Positions 20,674 through 33,599 of a DNA stretch of 64,000 bases are shown here, piece after piece. Each line of letters opens with the position of its first letter. Positions within the stretch are counted from its first letter, which is position 1. Source of the stretch: Podarcis gaigeae (taxonomy: Eukaryota); assembly GCA_964106915.2 (NCBI GenBank), contig OZ066919.1; one strand, given 5' to 3'. The position numbers and the translations under genes are program-made. Below the pieces are notes generated by a model. The model was not told the origin of the DNA. It saw only the letters and a program-made list of their open reading frames with translations, and did not search any database.

Positions 20674-23600
20674 AATATATATAAACACATAGACTAAAAA
20701 AAAAGAGGAGACACTCACAGATTACAGGAATCTGACTTCACCCTTAACTGCCTTTGTTCTTTCAAGATATTTTCCATTCAGTGACTGCATTTCCTTCCTG
20801 AAAAAGCTATTGGAAAAAGCTGGCTGTTGGCTCGAAAGAAGCCCTGATGAATTATTGCTGTTAATATCAGCAGTGATTTTGCCTTCTTCACTTTCAGTTA
20901 AACTCATTAATGGAGATGGCGGCCCGTCTGGTACCTTCACAGAAGGGCTACTCCTTTCAGGGCAGGTGTTATAGAGGCCCGAGGGAAAGAGGAGGAGGTG
21001 GTGGTTTAGAAGAGAAGGAAAAATGTTTCAGGCCAGGTCTGGATTCCATCATATCCCACAAACTCCCTTAAGAGATGGCATTTTTATAGTGCATTTTCAA
21101 GACTGGAAAAGACCCATTAGGGCATAAAGACAGTCTCCCTGCCAATATAGGATTTTCCCCTATAGCCATCTGCCTTTTCTAAATTTACTGCATTTCAAGT
21201 AATGGTCTTCCATAGCCACTGTTCCAATATAGGAGGTGCTTGGGCCTAATCCAAAGCTTGTTGAAAAAACAACGAAGTCAGTGGAAAACTCCCAGCAGGG
21301 CTCCATTTAAAACTTCTTGGAATAAAGTAAAGTCACCTAACATATTGCCAGGAACTTACAGGCACTCCTGATGGAGAGAGATCAGAATATATAAGCAAAG
21401 CTATTTTGTGGAATGGATACTGAGAAAGCTTAGATCTGTTGATTCCAATGTTATTTTTCATTGATCAGGTTTGGAAAATTGGGGTGGGAGGTGGAGAAGA
21501 GTCCGAAAGACCCTAACCTTCATTGCATTGTAATGGTTTGATGCCGAAACTGACACATTAAACTGGTAAAATTCCCCAAAATGGCTTTAGTTTTGCTAAT
21601 CCTAGTCCCATCTGGCTGTTCTGAAGATTAACATCTTCAACAATATTTTAAGACATGAATAGGGGTGCTGGACATCAGATGAAGTCTTATTGCCTTCAGT
21701 GCCAACAATGGTACCTTGAAGGTAAGTGAGCCTATACCAATTTGATTTGATAGGTTTAGAAATAGGCAGCCAAGTGAAAAAATAAATGCAACAGACCTGG
21801 ATGAGGAGAAGACAGCTTATACACTCAAGATCAAACTGCAGGTATGTGGTTCCAAACTAAATAGAATAAGTGAGAGGGGAACACAACAAGCAATATAATC
21901 CCCTTGCTTTATTCCAGACATATTTCAACAGAAAGAAAATGAGAACAAACAGTGCTGAGACCACTGCATAGATTTGGCTCCCTGGGGTGTCCGGAAAAGC
22001 AGAAGGCAGCCTCCCCCATCTCCATACTCTCATCCACTGGGTTTCCTCCATTTCCAGCAGACTGTGGAGGCAGTTCAGTTTGGTATAGGCGGGACCTTCA
22101 GCTCCAGGAGAGCACATACTAATTACTTTCCTTTGTTAATTAAACCCACGTGGCTCTAATAAGGTAACCTGCTGTTCGCCGATAAATTTAATTAGCCTGA
22201 AGGGAGAGCCCCTCCACACAGCTATTTAAAATTGTCACTTTCCATTCACTTGGGCTTCCCCCCCTTCTCTTGCTGTTCCTCCTTTAGACCTGAATTTATG
22301 CTCATTTTGCAAGCCCTTTCATGTCCCAAACCTGCTGCCCTCAATGGCATGTACATGTTCAATGACCTCCATCTTGGCAACATCTCTAGGGACATTCAAA
22401 GCTGAAAGCAGGACACTTTTATAGCTTTGCATCTGAAGAGCAGGCTTTGTGCTTCGGGTGTAACTTATTCAGAGTGTAACTAGGTGTTACAGGAAGCACA
22501 GAACTGCTGCCTCTCCAAGTCTCTCTCACCCTCTTCCTCATAGTGTCTACATTAACACAATGTGTGATGTGATGTCATCATGCTATGCATTGCCCTTGTG
22601 TCATATCATTGGCTGTCATTTATCGGAGAGGGGCAGAGCACAATGTGACAACATAATGTCAAGCATGATAGGAAATGTTTTGAAGAAGAGTGGAAGAGAG
22701 ACACAGAGCAACAAAAGATCTTTGAGTGCATCCAGCATCTTTCTGAATCACACAGAATGAACAATAATCTGCAGCTCACATTTTGAGCATTATATTGTGA
22801 GGGGGCAGGGCTTGCAAAGATATATATTTGGTGGTCAATGTTCCACTTCTGAGAAGGTTTCATTGATCAAAAGCCATGTATTCTTCTAAGGCCACCCTGC
22901 CCACCTTGTAGTTTTCAACATTTCTACAAATGACCAAGGACTACACAGCGTCATTTTCCATTATCCCAGACTAGGTATTCAGGCAAAAGGGTCAGATTCC
23001 TACACCCAACCACCATCTGTGTGTCTGGCTCCTACAGCCCCATTACTAGGCTACCACATCAATTTTTTAATCTATTAACTGGAAGCACTTCACGATTAAT
23101 TATGTTGCCACGGACTCAGCTATGCTGACTCAAGCCCTCACCTGTTTCCTTTCACTGAAAGGCTTTGGCCTTACTTGGTCAAATATTAAAGTCCACATGG
23201 CTGCAAAATCAGCTTTTTGCCATCCAGTAGAATGTCTCTTTTTAACACGTCTTATTTTAATGACTCTAACAAGGTTCAGCCAACATGCTTCCCTCTCTTC
23301 CTCCTTGTGCTTCACAACCAAATCTCTTTTAAAATTACTTCACTCATGAAGACACCATCTGAACCCTTGGTAACTTGCCAGCTCTCTTGGCTATCCTACA
23401 CCATCCTCGTTGCTCTTACACCAACTTGACATCTCAGCAAGGTGGCTGTTATGTGTGGACCCTGTTTAAGAACACAACTTAAAACATAAGGTAGCTTCTG
23501 ACTTGTATATCTTCCAATGGCTAGTTTCGCTTGTGTATTCTTCTACTCTGTCTGCAGATGGCAGGTAATTGCAGCATTTCTCAGATCTCTGTCATGCTCT

Positions 23601-26088
23601 GGCCATCTACACTGGACAGGGTTTGTCTGTTTGCTTTTTTTTTTTTGGCGGGGGGGAAACATCTAGTTCTCTCTTTGCGTGGTATGGAAGCCCTTCCAAA
23701 TGGATATCCCATATCGGCTCACTGTCTCTCTCACTGGATTGTCAAGACAATTTCACACTGCCATGAGATGCAGAACGTTAATTGTCCATATCTGTTTTTT
23801 GCACACTCCACTAGCTTCGTGATGACTCTACAGCTGTCAAGAGGCATAGCCATCACTAAGATCCACAGGGCAGCAACCTGGTCCACAGGTTTGACTTTTG
23901 CTAAGCAGTACAAACTGGACATGAAGAAGCCTTCACGATTCCTGCCCTGAATGAGATCTCACAGCATTGCTGCCCATTTCCTCTTTACAATGAAATAACA
24001 AAATATTCTCCCCTATGAGGGGTTGCACAGAATCCATGAGTAAGAAACAGATAATTGCTCACCTGTTATTTTTAAAAATAGGTATCATGTGCAGTCACAC
24101 ATCTCACCCTCCATCCAAACACTATGAAAATATCCAGAGGATCATGACTATTTTTACTTGTCTTATAGGACCTCTCTGCAATGGTTAGGGGATGGGACTG
24201 AGCAGAAAGTAGTGACTGTGCCTGCTAACTTCATTTATGATCAGTTCTTGAGGATGGGCAAGGGAGCCATTACTCCTGGTCTTCCTGAGCTTTCTATAAA
24301 ATAATGCCTGTGGTATTGTGCTAGCACACTCTCATTTATGGGGCTACACAGAATCCAAGAATGCACTGATTATGGTGAGTGTATGACCTTTCATCTGGGG
24401 GACACATGCACCCAAATTCACTGACCAGTATGAAATCAGCTAATTACAGAGTGAATGGCAGTTGTGTCAGAACTGGATAAGTTATGACATCAGTGGTCTA
24501 TTTAAAAAATCATTTAGCTTCTCACTCTCCAATTGAAATCACGAAGAAATGGTTAAGATGAAATAGTCTAGGATGGAATTATAACAGATAGGATCATCTA
24601 ACTCAGAATTGTCAAGTCATTATTAGCTCCAGTCATGGTCTTAAGTAGAACTCTCTCTTGCTATCCAAGATCATTTAGCTGAAGATGGCAGGGACTTAGC
24701 GCAGGAACTTATGCATGCAAAGTATATGCTCTGATATGGAAACTTCACTAACATGGTCACAGGGATATGCTTTAGCTAAATAGGAATCAATAGGGGAAGG
24801 GACATAAACCTAGCGTGAGATCAAATAAAATGGTGGACAGATATGATGGTCCAAAAGGATGAAGACAGCAAGGAAGTGGGTGGGCAAGCAAAGACAGGGT
24901 TGATTAACCCATTTGGCTATGTCTTTATTTTCTATTTAGATTGATAAGATATACATGGTAAAAGATAACTAAACAGATCTTGTTTATAAAACATTAAAAA
25001 GTCAAAACATATTTAAATAAAAAGAAGAAAGAAATTAAGAAAAGAGTATGAGAAAAATCAAGCATAAAGTAACAAGTGATCAGTATATATTGCTCAGCAG
25101 CCTGGTTAATTATGAGGCAAACCAGTTATTACAATTAAACAAATGAAAATAAAGCATGAATATTTTGTGAATTTAAAATTATAAACTCAATTGTTCTGTG
25201 AGTTTACTGGGAGCATAGCCCTTCTTGCTTCTTTTATAAATAATAAAGTTAGTAGTAAGAGGTTGATTCCCTTTTCATGCCGCTACAGAATATATAGGGG
25301 TTTAGGAGATTTCCAATTAGCAGCTATCATTTGCCTCACTGTTGTCAAAAGGAAAGCAGTTAATTCCAGACTTTCTTTAACTATTCCCTTTATAGCAACT
25401 TTATAGTAAGATTTCCATAAACATTGCCACCATTTATGGCATCTCACTGATATGGCAACATCTCAAATGTGAAGTGTCCCAAATAAACAAATCCACAGGA
25501 GCAATACGCAGTGGCCAATTTCCTTCTGAGCCTAATCAACTAGTGGTTCAAAGATGAGCCTAGATCATGTTTTGGCATGCTACCATTCTGTTACTAAAGT
25601 GGGTTGAACAGTAGGAGAAAAACTGCACTCTGTGCCGGTGACAAGTGCTACAGATTGCCAGTCTGTCATGAAACAGTGCAACCTCACCTGAAAATGGAGT
25701 ACATGTGGCTGTGTGAATCCAGTCCTTAAAGAAAAAGGCTCAAAGCCCAACCGTGCCATATCACATGCTAATGCAGAATATTGGCAGGCGTTTAGTCCTC
25801 AGCAAGCTCTTCTACACCTTATTGTTTAACATTCTTTGTAGAACCTGGGAATCCTACCATAGGTTCTTGCTACCCCAGAGCACTAAGGCATCCAGCAACT
25901 CTGACGCTTTTCTCAGTATGCTCTCCTCCAGCCTCAAAACCTAAAAAAAGCTTCCAGTAACACATCTGCTTCCACATATCAACATCCAACTCACTGCTCT
26001 GAGCCACTTTAAATATTATATCCATAATGGGAATCAAACACACAGGTGTCTTAACCAAGCTCTGCCCAAATGGCTCTATCAGTCAAAA

Positions 26089-26124
26089 GTATGTATGTAT
26101 GTATGTATGTATGTATGTATGTAT
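26089..26124. repeat. (GTAT)n tetranucleotide microsatellite
   Basis: Directly visible. Confidence 0.95.
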
Positions 26125-26743
26125 TTACTGTCCTTCATCATAAGATCTTAGGGCGGTTCACAGAAGTAAATCTACAAGAATACAGATGCTACTCTCACTT
26201 CAAGTTCATAGAATCACAGAATACAATCCAGATGTTTCTGCCTTCCTCCGATATTAACTCTCAATGAATTAAATAATTTCAGCGCAATTCTCCAGACGTA
26301 CTCAACAAGTACAAAATTCTATAAATGGTATTTAAGTCATATGACCTTGAATGACATCTTTAAATAGTTGCTTGGCTTGCTTTGGCAATGTAAAATTTAG
26401 TATGGGTGCCACAATTAAAAAATACATATACACCAAGAATGTATTCAGGAGTGACAACCTCATCAATCAACTGACATGGAAGGTGGCCTACTAGGTAAAT
26501 ACCAGCTTGGAACATGGAACAAAAATTAAATTATCATCTGTGTAATGGAAACAACCATAGTGCAATACCTCCAAAGACCACAGTAACATTAGGTATATAA
26601 GGAATACTAATATATCTTAATACTATAGTATTTAAGAACCAAAAGTTTGTGATTCAGAGGATCAGCAGTGAGTTTTTTAAAATCACATCAGGAAGCATAG
26701 CTTTTCAGAGGCACTTTTTGCCAGAAAGCTCTTATCCTCTCAC

Positions 26744-26833
26744 CTGGACTGCTGGCTGCTTATTTTCATTGCTGCTGGGAGAAGTCAGCCCTGTTGCCTG
26801 TTGCAGAAGGAACTGCCGTGCCACCTGAAGAGC
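26744..26833 (-). CDS. FOXP4: FOXP4 second coding exon (30 codons: [30 protein letters not shown]); not in the ORF track
   Basis: Manual translation. Acceptor tatctttccctccag|GCT and donor CAG|[18 protein letters not shown] matches FOXP4. Phase 0 at both ends. Confidence 0.96.
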
Positions 26834-29800
26834 CTGGAGGGAAAGATATATAGTACAGGATGAAGATTTAAAAAGTGGAGTCTCTTTTTATATTCTTTCC
26901 AATGCAACCTTGCCATCAAATTTGAAAAATAACTACTCACATACTCAAGACAGCAGATCAAATATTACTTGCCAAAGTAGTTTGTATTAAGCATGCAACA
27001 CTGGCACAGAAAGACCACAGAAAAACCATGAAGCCAGGCATTTCTCTTCCACCATTGTGAAGGTTCACATTACTAGAAAGATCTGAGACCAAAGAATGAT
27101 CCTGGATGCTGGAAGACTAAGCTAAAACAGAAATAGTCCTCACCAGCTATCAGCATGGGAGACTACTGGAGCTCCAACATAAGAGCCATATTAATAAGGA
27201 AATAACATTTAAGAAGATAGATCCAGTGGGATGAAATTTATTTTCTTGATCTGATTTTCTCTGTGTCCATATCCCACTCCAATCTCATAGCAACACAGAG
27301 ATAGTGCAGCGTCAAGTAGCTGCATATTGTTTTTAGAATGGAGAGGATGGGATCAATAGTCTTTTGGCAACAGTCAAAAGGAATAGGCTTCCATTGACCT
27401 AACTCAATTTAGATTTACCCCACTCCACCTTGGTCTTTCAAGTCTCAAATACAAGCATAGATTATGTCTGTACACAGATTGGTCTAGATGGGCCAATATA
27501 CCTTCAAGAATGACTTTCTGGATACAGATTGTTAAAAATCCTGCCAGATTCAAATATTCTAGGCAGCTGGGAATAGAATTTGTATAACAAATTAAGTAGT
27601 CACTACATATAGAACTATGGGTATTTTTTACTTACTTGTTCTATCAAGATACCACATTTCAGCCAAGACTCCCAACACATAATCCAAAATTTAAAACTAC
27701 TAAGAAACCCCCACTACAAAAAGAAACCAGTTGTACATAATATAGAACAGAATTTTCTCAGGCAGACTAATGGTTCATTCAGGAGCTGCTGGAACGGGCT
27801 CTCTAGCCTGTGCTTCCTCACTTTTGTCTTCCTTCAAGACACACAGGACTTTAAGTATCCCCAGTGAAGATGGGGAAAGGGCTTCTCACCCTTCTTCAGG
27901 CCACTGATATGTCTCTTCAGGAGCTGATGGCATTCCTGTGCGTGATCACAGGCAATGGCTAGCCTGGTAAGCTCAACAACAAACCATGACTGGCAAGCAG
28001 AGGGTGAGAGTTGGGGAAGTGGAGAATAGAAAGGTGTGCATGAAGGCATGGGACTTTAAAAAAGAACACACAGGCATGGGAGGGAAGTGCACTCTAATAT
28101 GTCAGATCACAGCAGCCATACCGCAGAGGGAAAAAGTCTATGCTTGCAAAGAGCAGAGGAGAGGGGTTTCATTCAGGAGCCAAGATCAGACTGCAAGCAG
28201 AGAATAACCCCTAACACAAACAATCCTGTGGTACCAAAAGCAGCTGCTCCCAAAGCCCCACTTCCTCATACGTTTCTTATTTTTGCTTTGAGAAGAATTA
28301 TTTTTTTAAAAAAATGGTACATTTCTGAACAACAAAGTCATTGTAGCCCTGCCTGCAAGACAGGTTTTTATTACAGCATAGAGACAGGAGGGGGGAGCAC
28401 GGAGGTAGAGGTCGACGGGTCATAGCCCAGCTTGGCGGTGCTGCAAACAGCATGTGGGTTCCACTGAGCTGTCAACACCGCAGCCGTAAATCAAGACTCT
28501 GGCTTCCAAAGGGCGGCTGTGCTCTCCCCAGTCAGCAGAGGCACTTGCAGGGTGTGTCCCAGAGAAAGAACCGCTTGTTAATTTTCCACATTTCCAGCTA
28601 TAAAGAACAAAGTTACTTTCCGTCAGGCATTTAAACCTTACATACTGTACCGTACTCTCTCTGTTTGGAGGAGCAGCTGATTTTCAACACATGGATCAAA
28701 TTAGTGTGTGCACACTTACCCGTATGCAATATAATGGTATACACCATGGCATGTAAATGCAAGACAGAGACTGTATTGTTGTAGCTACGAATGAGACTGA
28801 TGCATAACTTAAACATGGGCACAACCTAGTTTTGCAGTGTAGATAGATATGCATGTGTGCTACGTGCAACGCATATGGACACACAGTGTAAACAAGAGTA
28901 TCTACACACATGTTACAAAGTGATCTCATGAATATCTCTCATGCATACACCATATCTGGGAACACAGCAGGGATGTTTGCAAGTAATTTTATTTCTACGA
29001 CAGTATTCAGCACAATTATAAGGAAGAACATACTCATCACACAGCTATGAAAAACACATGAGCAATTTTTAAAATGTATTTTAATATTTTAAAGTTTCAG
29101 TATGATATGTGTTGCATACTGCATGTATATCAGATATACCATGAATGTAAACTTTAAAGGTTAGCATCACTATAGGTTTGAAAGCACACCATATGTGCGT
29201 CTTTAAGGCAGACACCCAATTTTTTTCCAGGTGACTTTACATTAAGACACCACACAGATGTCCAAAGGATACCAGGTGTTTTATTACAGTTTCACTAAAT
29301 GCTAAAAGAAGTGCAAGATTGCAAACACAGTCTTTAGAAGCGGCTTAATGGCTAAAAAGCAACGAAGTTACAGACACTTCCTCAGTCACACAAACAGTGC
29401 TAAAAGTCTCTTAAAGCAACTTCTCCACCCACCCACAATATCAACAAACCTAATACAATTGTCAGTCCTATAAAACTCAAAAACATGCTCCTAAATATAT
29501 ACTTTACACAGGACAAACAAGCACTGAAACTGCATTGTGTTCATTTGAGAAGACATGCAGCAACAATGGAAAATGCCACAGACTAAATAATTTTTAGACT
29601 TGGTGTTTTCAATAAAGTTCACTGGTCTACATGTCAACACATGAAAAGTAAGATATCAACAGTCCTTTTCTGTATAAATAGTTCTATAAATCTAAGGTGG
29701 TGTGTGTTGCCTTCTTCGGAAATGAAAGCGATGTTTCCTTGGATTTGCCTACTATATAGGCATCAACCAAAACGACAAAAGAAAACAGTTGCAATGAAAT

Positions 29801-31299
29801 CCCATTCAAAATTCAACAGGTTTAAAGTTTCAGCTGCACCATCTGGCTTCCAAATACCTGTGGCAACAGCTCAGGCAGCACTTTCATCCTCTTCCAATGT
29901 GTACAGAACAGCCTGCACCTTCCCTTTAAAAGCTTCCATTTTGCAGCAATTTTTGCCCAAGGACCGTTGCCCCAAGGAAGGGTGGATTTGACTGCAATTT
30001 AAGAGGGTTGGGTTTTAGTCATGGCACAGTTGTACTGACCTTCCATGTGACCTGGATTGTATCCATTCTGCTCTGTGTCCTTATTGACTAAAGTGTGGAT
30101 TTATAATATCACAAGAAAGAACACCCAACTGAAAAGGTAAGTTCAAGGATCGTTGTAAAATCCTTCCAACAATTTGACAAATGAAGAAATAGAGGCTCAG
30201 AAGAGAAGATAATTGTTCCTTTATAACGCAGAGTAAGAATCAGGAACAAAACTGGAGTCTTATTTCACCTAACTCTCCAACCCTCGGAAGGTCTTTCAGC
30301 ACTTCACACGTCTACTTCCTAATCTCTCTTTCAATGCTTCACTATTTTAATTAATTATGCTTCATTAGTTCAATCAATCAATTAATTAGCCAATCAAAGT
30401 TCAAGAGGAGTCCTACACAAATTGAGGAGAGAAAAGAGCTCTACTACAACACTAGTGCCATAATGATCGGAAGGCCAGCTTGCCAGAAGAAACTGGGATG
30501 CTGTAGCCAGCTGTATGAAGTCTCCAATAGACCCCATTTTAATTGCATTAGCCACACAACAGTAGCTTTGTTCACAAGGGGACAGCAGGGACAGCCCCCT
30601 GTTTTATGGGCTTTGGGAACCCTGTAAAGTCTGTGTGAGTTTATTAAGCCTGGTAGTGGCTTGTGCAAGAAGAATACAGCTCGTGACGGGTGCCGGAACA
30701 TGTCAAGAGGGCACCAAGCCAGGCTGGTACGCAGGAGACCTGCTGCTCGATTAAGGGGATGCACAGCATGGTGCATGAGAGCCAAGGGAACGGTGGACAG
30801 AATATAAGAGGCCCACCCCATACAAGCTCTCATGGGGGAATTTAATTCACTCCCTGCTGACTCTCTCACTTTGTTGTGCTCTGAAGCAAGAAATTACAAG
30901 ATTTATAGGAAAAAATGACATGGCCTTACAGTCTCACACTGGGGTCTCCCTGTAACAACTATGCAGCTCACCCACAGAAGGCTATACAATCAGGAATGGG
31001 AGAAAAATGAGCGGGGGGGGGGGGACAAAAACACAACTAGGACACAGCAGTATACATGGCTCCACTTTTCAAACAGCAAATTCCAACACAGTAGAGACAC
31101 TTCTCCATAATTATTTTAAAGTCAACATGCTAGTCATATGTACTGGTAGCCAACATTTTTTTTTATAGGCAGCATACAATTTTCCAACCACCTGATAATA
31201 CAGAAACTAGTAGTTTGCTCTCAATCCATTTAAAAGGAAAGCTCACCCCCACTACTACCATGAAATAGGTAGAAACAGGCATGTGCCTTCAGTTCCAGA

Positions 31300-32263
31300 A
31301 CCTAATTGCCTGGTTATTTGGAAAAGTTTGGATTTTCTCATAAATGTTTAAATGAATTATAATTTTATACCTCTCTCCTAAACTGAAAGTAAGAACAAAT
31401 GAAATTCTTTAAGAACCATTTGGTCTGGAACAGGTTACCAGATAGGGCTGCCTTCTGATTTGTGTTGGAACCACTGATTGCATGTGCAATCAGATGGAAG
31501 AGGGCGATTTGTGGTTTTGTTCATTATCAAGTATAATTTAAATTAGCTTTATACATGGATGTGTTATTATTATTCATTAGTAGACCTGAAACATCCAAAG
31601 CCGAATTAATAAAGAGTAATTAATAGCTTGGGTAGACTATTCAGGAGATACAAGTAATTGGGCAAAATCTGAATTAATACCAGTGGGCAATTGCAGACAA
31701 CTTACTTTGTATACTAACTGGTGATTTTGTCGGTGCCCAGAGGTCTTAACATAGCTAGGTATTTTGGTTCCAGGAGATATTCATCAAACAATTATACTGA
31801 ATTTGAATCGGTTGATAAAGGTTTTCCAGTGATTTGGAACAATGAGCCTCACTCAAATTTAATATTTGGGGTTAGGTTAATGCACTTTAGATGAATATTT
31901 TGTCATGGATAATAAATATACTTTATGGTGTTTCGTTGCATAATCTCCAAGTATCTTTTCAAAGGACTAATGACATATTTCAGAAGTTTACGTAGGATAA
32001 TTCTACACTACATTTTTCACTTAAGAGAATGCAGCTGCCAATATTGGAAGGAGGCAGATATTAGTTTACATGACAGGGCATATTTGTCAGCATGTACAAA
32101 AGATTGGCATATTTTTTTCCTTCCTTGAATTCCCCAGCTTGGGCAATTTTAGAGATGGCTTATTTGGCGCCCTTATTTAGATGGTTAGTGCTGGGGTCTA
32201 GGTTTCATAAAAGGAAAGATTCTATGCCACCTAACAGAAAACTAAACTTGTAAACTGTTGTTT
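31300..32263 (+). mobile_element. Degenerate L1-clade ORF2 reverse-transcriptase relic (probably continuing at about 32870-33150)
   Basis: Manual translation across stops and frameshifts gives YLEKFGFS..IILYLSP..VRTN..F.L..TR*GC, LEPL...IR, KLALYMDVLLLFIS (YADD region) and YKVNWAKSEL. Confidence 0.75.
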
Positions 32264-32268
32264 ATAAG

Positions 32269-32864
32269 TGTTACAAGGTTTTTTTTGGGGGGGGGGGTCA
32301 GACTCCTCTGATCCCTTGATCCAGTAACTGTTTAAAGCTAATCAAGCCTTCTAATTCCAGGGAATAACCAAACTAGCTTCCTGGTGAGGTGGTGGAGGAT
32401 TAAAGGGCTCAGTGTGAGACAGCAAATGGGCGGGGGCCCCTTCTCAACAGAAAAAGCCAGAGTTGAGAGCAGAGTTTACCAGTGATGTGACCTAAAAGTA
32501 AAGCAGCAAGCTAGAAAGAGCCATGTCTAATTTCTGCTGGAATCCAAGGCTGTGGGCAATGGGGTGTTAATGCAGTGAACCCCTCCATCATAGGCTCAGG
32601 TTGTATATATGTGTAAATAAACCATAAATCATAAAGACACCACAGTCTCCACTGTCCCTCATTCTAAAAGGAAACACACAACCCTGGGTAAGCACCTGCA
32701 ACCCGTAGAATCTCACCTGGCTTAGGAGGGGAGGGAAGGAAGTCAATAAATGTATGGTATAATAAAATATGTTTAATTTATAATGTAAAATTTGAAAAAT
32801 TAATACAAATTCTATTTAAAAAATGGAATCTCACAAAGCTTGGAAACTGGTGTGGAGTGGATCA
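32269..32864 (+). mobile_element. Solo LTR (TG...CA) with a 5-bp TSD
   Basis: ATAAG|TGTTAC...GGATCA|ATAAG, TSD at 32264-32268 and 32865-32869. Internal GC box GGGCGGGG and AATAAA at 32616-32621. Confidence 0.7.
32717..32825 (+). mobile_element. Severely 5'-truncated LINE (L1-type) 3' tail inserted in the solo LTR
   Basis: GGAGGGAGGGAAGG...A-rich tail with a 9-bp TSD GAATCTCAC at 32708-32716 and 32826-32834. Confidence 0.68.
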
Positions 32865-33599
32865 ATAAGCTCAAGAACTCAGGGAATCATGCAGCCCAAA
32901 CAATGAAAATTTGCTTTAGAGTCTGTATGGAAAATTTCCTTAGACTTGAAATTGAGACTGATCTAGCAAAAAATAATATTTGAGTATATTAGACTCCACA
33001 ACATTTGTATAGGAAAGCACTGTCTAATGAAGGAAGATGTTGGAGGTATAATGCCCCATACCTGTTTTAAGGACTAAATTCTATCCTTTTAGCCCCTCCT
33101 ACTACAAGTATTCAATACACAAAGCACCTTGGGTCCCAGAGCAATGATTATGCCATTTATTTCCTTTATTAGCCTAACAAAAAAAAACTATTATAAAATT
33201 GAACCTGATCAATAAACATGAAACAAACTTGCTGGTAAAGATTTCTGTAGATAAAAGCACAAACAGACAAAGGGCTAGGCATGGGGATGTAGGTTTTAAC
33301 AAGGAATGAAAAATTAGCGGAATGCAAATAATCAGTAAAAGAATATGGAAATGATAAGCAAGAGCTAGAAAATGAACGTATCTGAAGATAAGAGAACCTT
33401 CAATGCAAAGATGGAAAAAGGTAACAAGTGAAGCTAAATATATATTCAGAAACATGATCATACTGTATTTGCATGCAGAAAAAATAAGATGGGCAATAGA
33501 TCCCCCCCCCAAAAAAATATTCTACATCAGAGTAACCCCATTGACTTCAATTTATCTACTCTGAGTATGGCCAACACTGGATAATACACTCAAAAGGTT

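Larger units (their letters stand above)
3394..26743 (-). other. FOXP4: FOXP4 intron between coding exons 2 and 3 (23,350 nt)
   Basis: GT...AG boundaries defined by the flanking exons. Confidence 0.9.

Noticed and set aside
23100-23950. Possible CR1 ORF2 relic (WQKADFAAM)
   Set aside because: Only one short motif was recognisable; not enough to call.
26615-26637. AATACTATAGTATT palindrome near the exon donor
   Set aside because: Short and AT-rich; expected occasionally by chance in 64 kb.
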